The translations under genes were made by a program, and so were the position numbers. A stretch of DNA of 64,000 nt from Octopus sinensis (Eukaryota): positions 113,646,001 through 113,710,000 of the forward strand of contig NC_043000.1 of assembly GCF_006345805.1 (NCBI RefSeq). The letters run 5' to 3'. Shown here piece by piece: positions 27,149 to 39,831 of the stretch. Below the pieces are notes generated by a model. The model made no database searches and was not told the DNA's origin. It was given only the letters and a program-made list of their open reading frames with translations. Numbering within the stretch: the stretch's first letter is position 1; each line of letters opens with the position of its first letter.

Positions 27149-28409
27149 TAATAATAATAATAATAATAAGAAGAAGAAGAAGAAGAAGACGAAGGAATTT
27201 CGATACATTTGGCCTTGCAAGTAATCATACTCCCGATATTGTATTTGGAATAATATTTTTTCTCACCTGTAGAAGGGTCAAAAGCCTTGATTTCATAATT
27301 TACAAGTTTTCCTTGCTTAAAGTATCTGATATCTTCAGCTGGGAATTGAAACTACATCACAAGCTTTTCCCTAAAACTATGATAGAATTGCATACAAGGA
27401 GATGTAATCAAACCTTAGACAGAAGCCGAGAAAAGGGCAAACGATGAGGAGAAATGAAATTATTCGCCTTTCTTTTTCATATTTTCAAATTTCTTCAATA
27501 ATTATTTATAATATTCAATTTTTTATTAGACTTTTCTATTGAATATTTTTTCAAAAACTAATTTAAATAATTAATGTTATAAATATTAATGAAATTTATT
27601 GCCTTAAAAATTGATGCAATAAATCTTAATAAATTTTAATGTATAAATTTATGTAATAATTTTTAATGAATTTTTAGTGTTATTAAATTCTGTGTAATAA
27701 ATTTTAATAAATTTTAATGCTTAAAAAATCATGAAATAAATTGGCTTCTATAATTTCTTGCTGGCACATCAATCTGTTTGATTTTTATGCTATTTCAAGA
27801 TATATTTCTATGGATTTCGTAACATTTTTTCAATTCCAGAAGTATTACGGAAGAAATGTGAGGGAGCTTATGGCAGTCTGATTTTAAAGAGATGGCTTTA
27901 TATGTGTGTGTGTGTGTGTGTGTATGTACGATTGTAAAGGATATATAGTTACAGTTGTATGTATATATGAATGCATGTATGCACTTATGTACGGATGTAT
28001 GCATGTATGTAATTATGTATGCCTGTATGCATGTATGTATAGATTGGACATATGCATGTATGTATGTATGCATGTATGTATGTATGTTTGTATGTATGTA
28101 TGCATGTATGCATGTATGTACAGGTGTATGCATGTATGTATGTATGCATTTATGTATGTATGCATGTATATATGCGTGTATGTATAGATTAGACGTATGC
28201 ATGTAAGTATGTATGCATGTATGTATGTATGCATGCATGTATGTAAGTATGTATGCATCTATGTATGCATGTATGTATTGCAGTTATGTATGCATATATG
28301 TATGTATGTATGCATGAATGCATGTATGTATATATGGATATGTGTGCAGATTTGTATGTTTCATGTATGTCTTTGCATGCATATAGTTGCATATCCAGAC
28401 ATGCTCATA

Positions 28410-28820
28410 CATATTTAAATGAGAAACTTCTGGAAAGTTTTACAGATATTTACAGTCCCAATGCTGGAATGAATCTGTAGCCTTCGAATCAGCTTTCTCC
28501 TTTCTGGTTTTGAGAAGCCTAATTTCTGAAGTTTGGTATTTAGACAGTGTGTTATATATCCTAGGGCTGAACTTGTAATCTGGATGGAAGATTTCTCAAT
28601 AGTTCAGCGTAGGTATTCTTTTTCACTGATCTTCAGCTTTATGTTATCATCCGCTGAGTAGCTAATTTCTACAACTGTACACAGTTTCTCTTCTCTATCA
28701 CAAATCATTATATCAGGTCTGATATGCTTACTTTGTATTGAGGTCTTCAGTGGGATATCCCACGAAATTCCTTTTTATTATGAGTGTCTACGTCTTCTAC
28801 CATATTATGGATTCTTATTT
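28410..28820 (-). mobile_element. REL LINE 3' fragment, (CATA)n-associated family
   Basis: Endonuclease-like RPDIMICDREEKLCTVVEISY on the minus strand; 3' part homologous to 3340-3560; degenerate (CATA)n tract at 27900-28410. Confidence 0.75.
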
Positions 28821-29049
28821 GTTTCTTTGTATGTATGTATGTATGTATGTATGTATGTATGTATGTATGTATGTATGCATGCATGCATGTATGTATGTAT
28901 GTATGCATGTATGTATGTATGTATGTATGTATGTATGTATGTATGTATGTGCGTGTGTGTATGTATGTAAGTGCGTTTTGTATGTATGTGCGTGCGTGTA
29001 TGTATGTATGTATGTAGTTCTCTTTCTCTTTAATTTAGGTTATATATTT

Positions 29050-29385
29050 CACCGGCCACATGCTTGGTAGCAAGATCGTGAAGGAACCTATCTCGTTTTC
29101 TTCATTATCCTTTCAACCTTAAAAAGCCCGTCCAGATTTTTGTAATTTCGGATATCATGATTCTTCGTTGTGTATGAATTGAGGACTTGCGTGTTCTCCC
29201 CAAGATCCCAAGTTCAGCCATACTTTGCTACAGACCAGTCGGTATGTATTCTTTTATTCCAATCTTAATGGGGAAGAAGCTGAAAGTGTATCTTGGGTAA
29301 CGAATTTGCATATTCCTTATCAATGATTAAGACATGTTCTCTTTCTCTTGTATTTTTCTAACCACATTCGTGTCCAGAGGGCAGC
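29050..29385 (-). mobile_element. Another REL LINE 3' fragment next to (CATA)n
   Basis: Minus strand reads CPLDTNVVRKIQEKE...QIRYPRYTFSFFPIKIGIKEYIP...IWTGFL, like the C-termini of the other REL fragments. Confidence 0.55.
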
Positions 29386-30129
29386 TGATTTGTTTGTTTG
29401 TATGTATGTATTTATATAGGTATGTATGTGTGTGTGTATGTACGTATACATGTGTGTGCGTATGTATGTATATGCGTGTGCTTGTATATCTGTATGTATG
29501 CATGTCTTTATGAGCGTACGTATGTGAGTCCTTGACAGTTGCAGCCACGATGGCTCTGAGCAGACTTGGAAACAACAGTTAGTTGCCTAGATGTGATTCC
29601 ATACTCCTCAAAATTCTGGAATTTATGAAATTCTGCCCCAAAGCCGGATATATTTTAAAGGTATACCCAACTATTGAAAGTCCTAGGGCGATGGAAAGTG
29701 GGGACGTAAGTAGACCGGGCTATTTGGAAGCGCACAGTAAGTTACAACTGTCGCTGTTTCCTATGCTTTACATCATGCAGATCTGCAGCGGGACTGAATT
29801 GACCTCTGAGAGGGCATGGATGGAAAGCCAGAATTACCATTGACAATGAAGAAGCGCAAGGAGACGGTAAGCATCTGTGAAGATGGAGCAATCACCATGT
29901 ATGCATGTATGTATGTATGTATGTATGTATGTATGTATGTATGTATGTATGTATGTATGTATGCATGTATGTATGTATGTATGTATGTATGTATGTATGT
30001 ATGTATGCATGTATGTATGCATGTATGTATGTATGTATGTGTGTATGTATGTGTGTATGTATGTATGTGTGTATGTGTGTATGTGTGTATGTGTGTATGT
30101 ATGCATGTATCCCTCCCTCCATCAATCCC

Positions 30130-31426
30130 TCCGTCCGTCCGTCTGCTTATCAGTTTAATACAGTGGTGGTCCGCTTCCCTAACCAGGAAGTGGCAAAAGC
30201 TCACTCTATGGAGTCTTTGCAAAATGATGAAATCATCATGGTACCATATTACAAAGGCCAGAGAGTGAGTAGAATTAGCATTAAAAATGTACCCCCCGAG
30301 ATACCTAACAAATGGATAACAGGGGCAATCTGTTACCATTTGAGAAAGATAAATATATTAGAAATCGCCGTGTACAAAAACGACAATTGGGGTGGTAAAA
30401 CAATAGTAGTGACCATCCAGATTGAGGGGTCCTCTATCGAGAACCTACCTGATAGGATCCATTTAGAAAATGGGCAAAGCCTATATGTTTTAGCAGAAGG
30501 CAAAAAGCCTAGATGCTACAACTGTGGCAGCCCAGAACATTTAATTGCCAAGTGCGCTCTGGCACAGAAGAAACAAGAAAGAACAAATCAGAAAACAAAT
30601 AAAAAACCCTTGTTGCCAACACCAACACCAACACCAACACACTCAATTATGGAACAATGCCAAGAAAAACAACAAATCAGCAAACAAACCCCAACAACAT
30701 CACCAAGAAAAGAAACAGTACCAACACAATCACCGTTGACGTCGCAACCAATTCAACATACTGAACCAAAAGATAGACCAACACCAACACCGAGGACGAC
30801 AATTAAAAAGACAGAAAACAGTGACGAGAAGACAAATTCTACCCCTAACACCACAACAACACAAACACCGCACAAAACATCAACAATTTCTACAAGCATA
30901 TATATTAACGCCTTTACTCCCTTCTGATTAGTCGGACTTGTTGTCCAACGATGAAAGTTCGACGGAATGGCAAATAGCCACAGGGGGTAAAAGGAAAAGA
31001 TCAAAAAAGCCCACCAAACAAGGAAGTAAAGCAGGAAGATATTTAACTCCGGACACCATCCCCCTAGACAATAAAAAAATCAATGAACCCGCAAAATCAC
31101 ACACACAACTAACTGCAATAGACACAGACAATAAAAAGTTAATGGATTACATTGCATCCAACACGGACATCTGTGAAGATGACTTTAAGACAAACAATCA
31201 TCCGCGCACCACACCACCGAAACACATAAGAATTGTACACATTACACAAACACAACACCATACACTGAAAACAACATTTCCAAATGCCGTAGGCGGGTTT
31301 CAACGATACCACTCCAAAAAACTATACAAACACCTCATCAAAGACACTACAAAAGAAGAAGAAAAAATGAAACTTTCGAAATGGGTAAGTGACCTTCCCG
31401 CTTGCCCCTTGTCTCTTCCAATGTAG
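30130..31426 (+). pseudogene. Tx1-type ORF1 (gag-like, CCHC), interrupted by a stop at 30927
   Basis: ORFs 29905-30927 (non-microsatellite part) and 30938-31426. Confidence 0.8.
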
Positions 31427-31458
31427 TGTGTGAAACACAATTTTCGTAAACGTCAATT

Positions 31459-34400
31459 ATGCTTAAATTAGGTTGTGTGAATGCGCGTGGCTTGGCGTCG
31501 GCTTGGAAGCAAGGTTACCTTCTAAACGACATCAAGTCACTGAACTTGGATATAGTAGCTATCAGGGAAACCAGAGTCAGCAAGCCGCGGGCTCTCACGT
31601 CCATGTTTGGCGATCAATTTGACATTTATTTTCTCCCTGTCTGCCGAACATGGGCGGTGGAGGTACCGCGGTGCTTTTTCGAAAGAGTCTAAATGTAAAA
31701 GTAAGAACATATTCTAGACCCGGAGGGTAGGCTGGTGTTTGGACGAGAGGCAGAAATGGGTGTGCATTCCGTCTGATGGCAGTTTATGCACCGTCCTTAA
31801 CGGGTCGGGCAGATTTCTTCAGATGTCTAGAGGTTTTCCTGGGTACGTCTAGACCTTTACTGTTAGTAGGGGATTAGAACGCTACCTTGGACACGCATCT
31901 AGATTATGTGGGAATGGATAGGAATAGAAGGGGGTGTAAGTGCCTCAAAGACCTACTCAGACGTTTCCATTTGTCTGACTGGTTCCGACTCGACCATCCG
32001 AACGTGCCAACGTGGACTTGGACAAACCGCGTCGGATCGTCGAGATCTTATCTAGATAGAATTCTATGCAGGACAGCGGATAAGGATAGTGTAGGATGTC
32101 CACAATTTAAAATAGTCCGCTACACAGATCACAAATTTGTTACGTGTACACTCGACTTAGATAAGACACATAGACAGGGTCCCGGTTACTGGAAACTGAA
32201 CACGTCGCTTTTAGCGCGACAGGTTTACAGGAACTGGATTAGCGAGTTAATTAAGAGGGCGCTGACGGGAGCCGGCGTTAACAACCGCTGGTGGTTCACC
32301 CTGAAAATGGCAATAACATCGGAATCAATTAGGTTTAGCAAGGAATTAGCGATAGATCAAACAGAGTAGGGGGAGACTTGGTTAAGAAACTAGAAGAGGC
32401 ACTTACCACTGGCAGCGCAACCAACGTGCTGGCTGCGAGGATGGCCCTCGAACAACACCTCAACACCAAGCACGAAGGTTGCGTCGTCAGAGCTAAAATG
32501 CGTGCCTTAAGGAACAAAAGGATCGAAGCTGCGCGAGAGGCGCGGGTAGCGGAGGCGCAGCGTGCCAACAGAGCCACCATTCGGTCTCTAATAGATCAAC
32601 AGGGATGCAGTTTACTCGAACCCGAAAGCATGTGTGAGGCCTTTCAACCGGACTTTGCTCGACTGTTTGGTGCGAGTGGTGGGTCGGATCGCGGGATGGA
32701 TTTCAGTACCTACCTGACCGACCTGCCGCGGCTCTCGGCAAGCGAAGCGGAGTGTTGTGAAAGTCCCATCACAGCCGCTGACTTGTGGGATGCGATGGCG
32801 GGCTGCGCAAGGGATAAGTCGCCTGGATTGGATGGTTTACCCTACGAGCTGTATTGTCAAATGCCAGACTTGTTTGGCGACCTCTTGGCATCAGTCTACT
32901 GCAACTGGCAACAAAACGGGAGAATCCCCGGTTTCGTGAGCCGAGGTGCAGTGACGTTGCTGAAGAAAGACTCAAACAAGGGGAATTTTATAGATAATTT
33001 CAGGCCCATCACTCTGCTGAACGCAGATTTGAAAATTTTGGCCAAAGTAATAGCCGAGAGGTTGGCGCTTGTCATTGGTAAACTGGTTGACAGGGCGCAA
33101 ACATGCGCCGTGCCGGGCAGAACCATACATGACAACCTCCATCTGATGCGCGACATTGTAGACAGGGTAGTTAAGGATCCTGGCATTTGGATCAGTCTAA
33201 AGCCTTCGATAGAGTCGACCATCGGTACTTGGCGGCCGTCCTCAGGGCGGCTGGCTTCGGTCCCGTCTTCCGCGGTTGGATCGCTGCCTTGTATAGCGGC
33301 ATCCGATCGGTGATTCGGGTGAACGGTCACCTGTCGAAACCGTTTGACATCACGCGTTCGGTCCGTCAGGGGTGTCCCCTGTCGGCGCTTCTGTATGTAT
33401 TGACTCTCGAGCTGCTACTACGGAAGCTGGCGACACTGAGGGGCATCCCACGGGAACTGGGTTGCAGGACGAGCGTGTCGGCATATGCGGACGATGTCAC
33501 CGTCATAGTGTCCAGCGACAACACATCCAGATGATAGGCGAGGCACTAAGAAAATACGAAACGGTGACGGGAGCGAAGATTAACCCGGAAAAGTCAGTGG
33601 GTTTGCTACTCGGTACCTGGAGAAGCAAGCCCATGCCGTCCGACTGCGGCTCAGTAGTGGGACGCTGGACGGACGGACCGGTTAAATTGCTTGGGGTCTG
33701 ATTCAGTCCGGACCTCCAAATGGATAAGAACTGGGACGAGATCACGATTAGAGTGGTCGCTCTCAGCCAAACATGGGCCGAGAGAAAGCTGTCTCTAAAA
33801 GGCCGGGTGGAGGTGGCGAACGCATACATCACATCCGTCATCGATTACCGCCTGACCGTCGTACCTTGTCCCGACGCCACCATCACCAAACTGGAACGCA
33901 TACTCTTCCGCTTCCTGTGGAAGGGTGGCGTTCCGATGGTGAGAAAGTCCATTTGCTGTCAACATCCGTTGAATGGAGGACTGGGCATGCCGTGGTTGAT
34001 GATGCGCGGGCATGCGCTGAGACTGCGGCATCTCTGGAACTTCATCGACGACGGTGAACAGGTGTGGGCGCCGTTTGTGAGGCGCGCCTTCCCGCAGCTC
34101 GTCTCACTGACCGAACTGCAAACGTGGATCAAGAAGAGACCGAAACTGGGCGATTGGCACCGAGAGTGCCGCCAAGCTCTACAGCAGCTCTGCCGACCGG
34201 GGTCAAACTTGTGCAACTTACAAACGACTAAAGCGTTCTATAGAGGACTAGTGGAGGGGAGGTCCGACGACACACTCAGGGCAAACCTGGGCGTCGACGA
34301 GAAATTCCTAACCCGCCTGCTCAGGACGACGTTCGGGCCGGGGCCTATGGATAACTTCCAGAAATCCCTGGCTTGGCAGTGCTATCGAGATGCACTACCT

Positions 34401-34849
34401 GTTCGGGAGAAGAGCTACAGGCATGGTTCGAAAACCATCACCGGACCGACCTGCCCGAGATGCGGTCAGAGCGACGAAACCGTTCTGCACGCACTCGTGC
34501 AGTGTCCAGATATTTCAGAGCTGTGGACCTTCGTCGAACAGCTGTTGTCGCGTGTAGGTCGGGCCCGCCTATCGGCCGAGTCTATCGTGAATATTGTTCC
34601 ACGACCTTCCTTTAAACGGGAAGGGAAAACGGTGCGAAAGAATGTGTGTGGTGGACGCATTTGAAAGGACTGCAAACAAACACATTCCTCTCTGGTCAGT
34701 GTCTCGTCAACGTTTTCAAGTACCACTTGAAAAGGAGGATGAGAATAGAGAGGAAGGCTTTGTCGAACGAATGTTTTAATAAAATGTGGGTAAAAGTGGC
34801 AAAAATGGTCAGTATGAAAGACGATACTATTTTAAGCATAAATCTGTAA
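31459..34849 (+). pseudogene. Tx1-type ORF2 (endonuclease/RT), multiple frameshifts
   Basis: ORF pieces 31459-31692, 31887-32369, 32378-33313, 33187-33534, 33372-33701, 33720-34664 and 34646-34849. Confidence 0.9.
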
Positions 34850-35134
34850 CCAAAAGAGACAACGAGAAGTAAGGCGACTTACTCATGTGTTCATTTTCGA
34901 ACTGTCTGAGGTGACCTTGGTCTTTTTTGTGCGTTTTTCTTTCCAAGGCTACACCTAAACTGTGAACTTTATATATATATATTGCTTTTTTATACACCAC
35001 ACAACCCACAGATCCCTATTGATCAAACGTTTTTTTTTGTGCCCCACCCATCCCACCTCGAAAAGAAAAAAATTCTACATTGTATTTCGTCCATTTTTAT
35101 TCTGTGTTTAGCCCTGTGTGGCTACAATAAAAAG

Positions 35135-35206
<72 letters not shown>

Positions 35207-35524
35207 ATCTATCTATCTATCTACCTATCTACCTACCTATCTGTGTAGCCGGTTGCCAACTTCAGTGCGTGTCTATGTACCTGTTTTAATCTATGCAGAC
35301 TATACAAGAAATGAATGAATAAAGAAATAAATGAATAAAGAAAGAAAGAAAGAACGAAAGAGAGAGAGAGAGAGAGAGACGCATAACTATTACTCTCTCT
35401 ATGTACCTGTCTTCATCTTTGTCTCTCGCTCTCTCTCTGCATAATTGCCTCCCTCGCTCTCTCACTCTTTTTCTCCGACTTTCTCTCGTTTTCTACCTCT
35501 CTCTTTCTCTCTCTCTCTCTGCAG

Positions 35525-35665
35525 GAGACATCAAGTTGGACAATATTCTTACACACAGATAAACATGGCCACCAACCAAACAATCAACAGAAAGGTCATT
35601 TAAGTGGAACCGAAGACTTAAGACCTGATGTTTACCAAAATTATGGTTATATAATGTATGAACGC
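35525..35665 (+). CDS. Candidate internal host-gene exon (141 bp, phase 0-0), product unknown
   Basis: Long polypyrimidine tract plus CAG acceptor; c|GTGAGT donor; only the phase-0 frame is open: ETSSWTIFLHTDKHGHQPNNQQKGHLSGTEDLRPDVYQNYGYIMYER. Confidence 0.35.
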
Positions 35666-37513
35666 GTGAGTATTTCTAATGCGTCGGTGTTTGTGTTTAA
35701 GAGTATGTATGTCGAATGAGTGTATGCGTGAGTGTGCTGCTGCACGAGTATGTGTATGTATGCGTGTTTATTGAAAGGAAGTGATGTACAGTGCCTTCTG
35801 GGTAATAGAGATAGAGTGTACGCAGCAGTCAAATACAAAAATCCGGTTCACGAACTTTAGCAGAAATAACCAGACACAGCAGCTGTGGTGGTGGTGGTGG
35901 GTGGTGGTCATGATAGTGGTGGGTGGTGGTAGTGTTGTGGTGGTGGTGGTGGTTGTAGTTATGGTGGGAGGTGGGTGTCGAGAGATCAAAGATAAATGGT
36001 AAATAAGGAAATCGATTATTGATGATGAGAGGACGATAAAACAACTATGATGACTATGACGATAAGCAATGACTCTGATGATGATGATGATGCGGATGAT
36101 GGTGATGATGATGATGATGGTGGTGATGATGGTGGTGATGATGATGATGAAGATGATGATGATGTTGGTGGTTGTGATGATGGTGATGATGGTGGTGATG
36201 ATGATGGTGATGGTGATGATGATGGTGGTGATGATGATTACGATGACGTCGGCGTGGATGACGTCACAGATGGTCATGATAATGATGATGATGATCATGG
36301 TTAATGATAGTGATGGTTTAAAAATAAATGAAAAGATTCGAATGAATTAAAAAGATGGGAAAAGAAACAAGAATTGAAGAAATAAAGAAAGCGAAACAAA
36401 GAAGAGAAAAAAGGAGGAGGAGAAGCAAAAGAAGAAGAAGAAGAAGAAAAAGAAGAAGAAGCAGATTGTTGGATATTAGAGAAGAAGAAAAAGAGCAACT
36501 ATACTAATAATAACAATAACAACAGTAAGAATAACATCAACAACAATTAAAAAACAATAAAATAACAAATAGTTCTAAATAGGAGAGAGAGGGAGAGTGA
36601 GAGAAAGAGAAGGGGGCAGAAAGAGGGAGAGACTGAAGGAAGGAGTGGAAGAGTGAAAGGGTGAGAGATGAACGTCTGGAAATAGAAGTGATACGCATAC
36701 ATAAATACATCACATACACACACATAATTATAAGAGACAGATAAATAAACACACACCAACACACATGTATATACATTCCGTTGTTACACACCGAAAACGG
36801 ATGTAAAAGGAAGAAAATTCGTGTCACTCCAACAGATAATTTCATGCTGGAGGTTCCTGGGCATTAATGTTTATAGAATACAAAGAAGAGAATATATTTA
36901 TTCATAGCGTCTTTACACGTGTTTCAGTGGCGGCTACGCAATGAGTACGTTAGATTATACTTATTGGGTATATATGTACGAGACTCCGATATATATATAT
37001 ATATGCTTTGCGGGAGCAACAGATTTATTGAAAGCGTATATTGTTGTTAAATGCTCGAAATACGAGACTAGAACAATAACTAACAAATGATGGAGGGTCG
37101 TTCTTTATGTTGTTTGGGATCTTTTCAATATCGTGGCCAGGACCCCAGATCTTTCTAGTTAACTAAATAATTTGAAACTTCGTGTACTCATAGAGTGGAA
37201 CTAGTTTATTCGCCAGTTGGAACTAGTTTATTTGAGAAAAATCTATTTTATGACTTTAATCGTAGATTAAAACTGCGAATTTTAACCAATGAGATTGCTT
37301 GTTTTCATATCTAAAACGTTACTGCGATCTGTTAGTGTGACGTTGAAAACAGTTTTGTGACGTAGTCTTCTCTCTCTTTGTAAGTCTGTCTGCCTCCCCC
37401 TCTCTTACTATATTACATTTATCTTGCTTGAACTCATTGAAATAAAACGTCCTCCTTTTTTTCTGTCTGTCTGTCTGTCTGTCCTTTTCTCTCTCTCTCT
37501 CTCCCTCTCTCTA

Positions 37514-37550
<37 letters not shown>

Positions 37551-37691
37551 CTATCTGTATATATGTATGTTCATATATGTATGTAAATATTTATGAAATA
37601 AATAAACACACATATTCGTGCGGATGTATTAAATATCTAAAATGTGTGAGCCTTATATAATTAAACTGATGATATATATATATATATACAC

Positions 37692-37722
<31 letters not shown>

Positions 37723-37816
37723 CGTGCGTGTAATGTATGTATAATTATATATATGCGTGTGTGAGCGTGTGTGTGTGTGTCTGTATGCGCGCGTGTGTGG
37801 TGTGGTGTGTGTGTGT

Positions 37817-37920
37817 GATGAAAGGCAAAATCGACCTCGGCGGAATTTGAACTCAGAACGTAACGGCAGACGAAATACGGCTACGCATTTCGCCCTGCGT
37901 GCTAACGTTTCTGCCAGCTC
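37817..37920 (-). mobile_element. SINE family B head
   Basis: Reverse complement of gagctggcagaaacgttagcacg...ttctgagttcaaattccgccgagg. Confidence 0.9.
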
Positions 37921-38535
37921 TTTGCTTTTTTAATATTAAATTTCTTGCCTTTTGCACAAATAAATACAATAAGTGAAATGAAACGCATTAGCTTAGAAAC
38001 GAAATCTTGTTAGAAGCCTCGTCACTGAGATGCCACTTCTTAATAGCAAACGAAAGCAAGTACTAACAGACGCTTTGTTTACATTTAAGATGTTTAATAC
38101 GTCCCCAAATTGGTGGTCGAGACGGAGTAAATAAAATAAAGCCGAATGACGGAATATCATTGGTTAAAATTCTAATTATTAAACAACGTTAAACTTAGAA
38201 GTTACAATTCCGTTTTCATTCTGGTTTACAATTAAGTTTACTTTTGACACATTCTACCAGTATACGAAGTTTCAAATTGTTTGGTTCAGTAGGAAAAATT
38301 TGAAAAAACTGGCTTCAGAATTGAAAAGATCCGTTGTTTGTTTTGTTTTCCATTTGTCTTTCGTTTTTCGAAAGAATAGTTCATGTTCCAGGTACTCGTG
38401 CTTCGTATTTTTTGTTGTACACATTTCGTGACGTCCTGTGCCTAAAATGCATATATATATACATACATACAAACACACCACACACACACACACACACACA
38501 CACACGCAAACACACACACACACACACACACCACA

Positions 38536-38585
<50 letters not shown>

Positions 38586-38600
38586 GTATGTATATAAGCC

Positions 38601-38920
38601 TGGGACTCCGTCGGTTACGACGTCAAATATTGATCCAATCTAGAGAACAGCCTCCACGTGAAATTAACGTACAAGCGGCTGAGCAACCCACAGATACATG
38701 CACCCTTACTGTAGTTTTCATGGAGTTTCAGCTAGGCACAGGATGTGACAAAGCTGGCCCTTTGAAATAAAGGTAGTACTCATATCTGCGACTGAGGCGA
38801 CTGGAACAACGTATGCGAAATAAAGTGATATCTTGCTCAAGGGACGCAACATGCCGCCACGCATCGAACTCGTGACCTCACGATTGTGAGCCGGACCTCT
38901 TAAACAGTAAGCCACGCGCG
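38601..38920 (-). mobile_element. SINE family C (tail type 2)
   Basis: Same head and core as 24555-24801 but a different 3' half ending gtcgtaaccgacggagtccc. Confidence 0.8.
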
Positions 38921-38970
38921 TTCACATACATGTATCTATGTATCTATCTATATATCTATATATCTGTCTG

Positions 38971-39065
<95 letters not shown>

Positions 39066-39105
39066 GTCTGTCTGTCTGTCTATCTATTTATCTATCTATC
39101 AATCA

Positions 39106-39181
<76 letters not shown>

Positions 39182-39206
39182 GTCTGTCTGTCTGTCTGTA
39201 TGTATG

Positions 39207-39261
<55 letters not shown>

Positions 39262-39544
39262 CACTTGAAAAGGAAAGTGAGAGTAGAGAGGCAAGTTTTG
39301 TCTAGCGATGTGAAAAAAGATGGGTGAATGTAGCAAGAATGGCACGTATGAATGACGAAGCCACCTTGAGCATAGTCCTATGAACCCAGAATCGAAAACA
39401 GAGAGTTGCTTATTTGCAAAAAAAAAAAAAAAAAAAGAAATATAAAATGTGACTTCATTGACCGAGGTTACCGTGGTCTTTCCGTAGGCTTTTCTTCCAC
39501 GGGTAAACCTCACCTGTCCTCCCCTTTACACTTCATATTGACAT

Positions 39545-39673
39545 TTCTGTGATAACGATCCCTATTGATCAATTTTTTTCCTCTCCCCCTTTTTTTTTTT
39601 TTTTTTTTTTAACCCCCCCCCTTTTTTGTCCTCTTTCTCCCTTTACGATCCCTTTTGATCGAAACTCCCCTTT

Positions 39674-39717
<44 letters not shown>

Positions 39718-39800
39718 CTTCAAAAGAAAAGCTCTACCTTGTAATTTGTTCTATCTGTGTGCAGCCCTGTGTGGCTAATAAAGAAACATATCTATCTATC

Positions 39801-39830
<30 letters not shown>
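39545..39830 (+). mobile_element. 3' UTR end of a Tx1-type LINE
   Basis: gatccctattgatcaa...cagccctgtgtggctaataaagaaa matches 35010-35135; followed by (ATCT)n. Confidence 0.85.

Positions 39831-39831
<1 letters not shown>

Larger units (their letters stand above)
30130..35135 (+). mobile_element. Near-full-length Tx1/L1-clade LINE, decayed
   Basis: ORF1 with CYNCGSPEHLIAKC zinc knuckle; ORF2 with APE (GCVNARGL), RT (FRPITLLN, KAFDRVDH, RQGCPLS, YADD) and CPRCGQSDETVLHALVQC; T-rich 3' UTR followed by (ATCT)n. Confidence 0.95.

Noticed and set aside
27470-27800. Very AT-rich stretch with tgctggcac, considered as a mitochondrial rRNA NUMT
   Set aside because: Only a 9-nt match, and the other conserved 12S motifs are absent
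35525-35575. Kinase-like RDIKLDNIL...DKHGH
   Set aside because: The two parts are in different frames and no DFG follows; treated as coincidental pending a search
38272-38445. Possible minus-strand terminal exon GTGRHEMCTTK...
   Set aside because: Weak acceptor context and no similarity recognised
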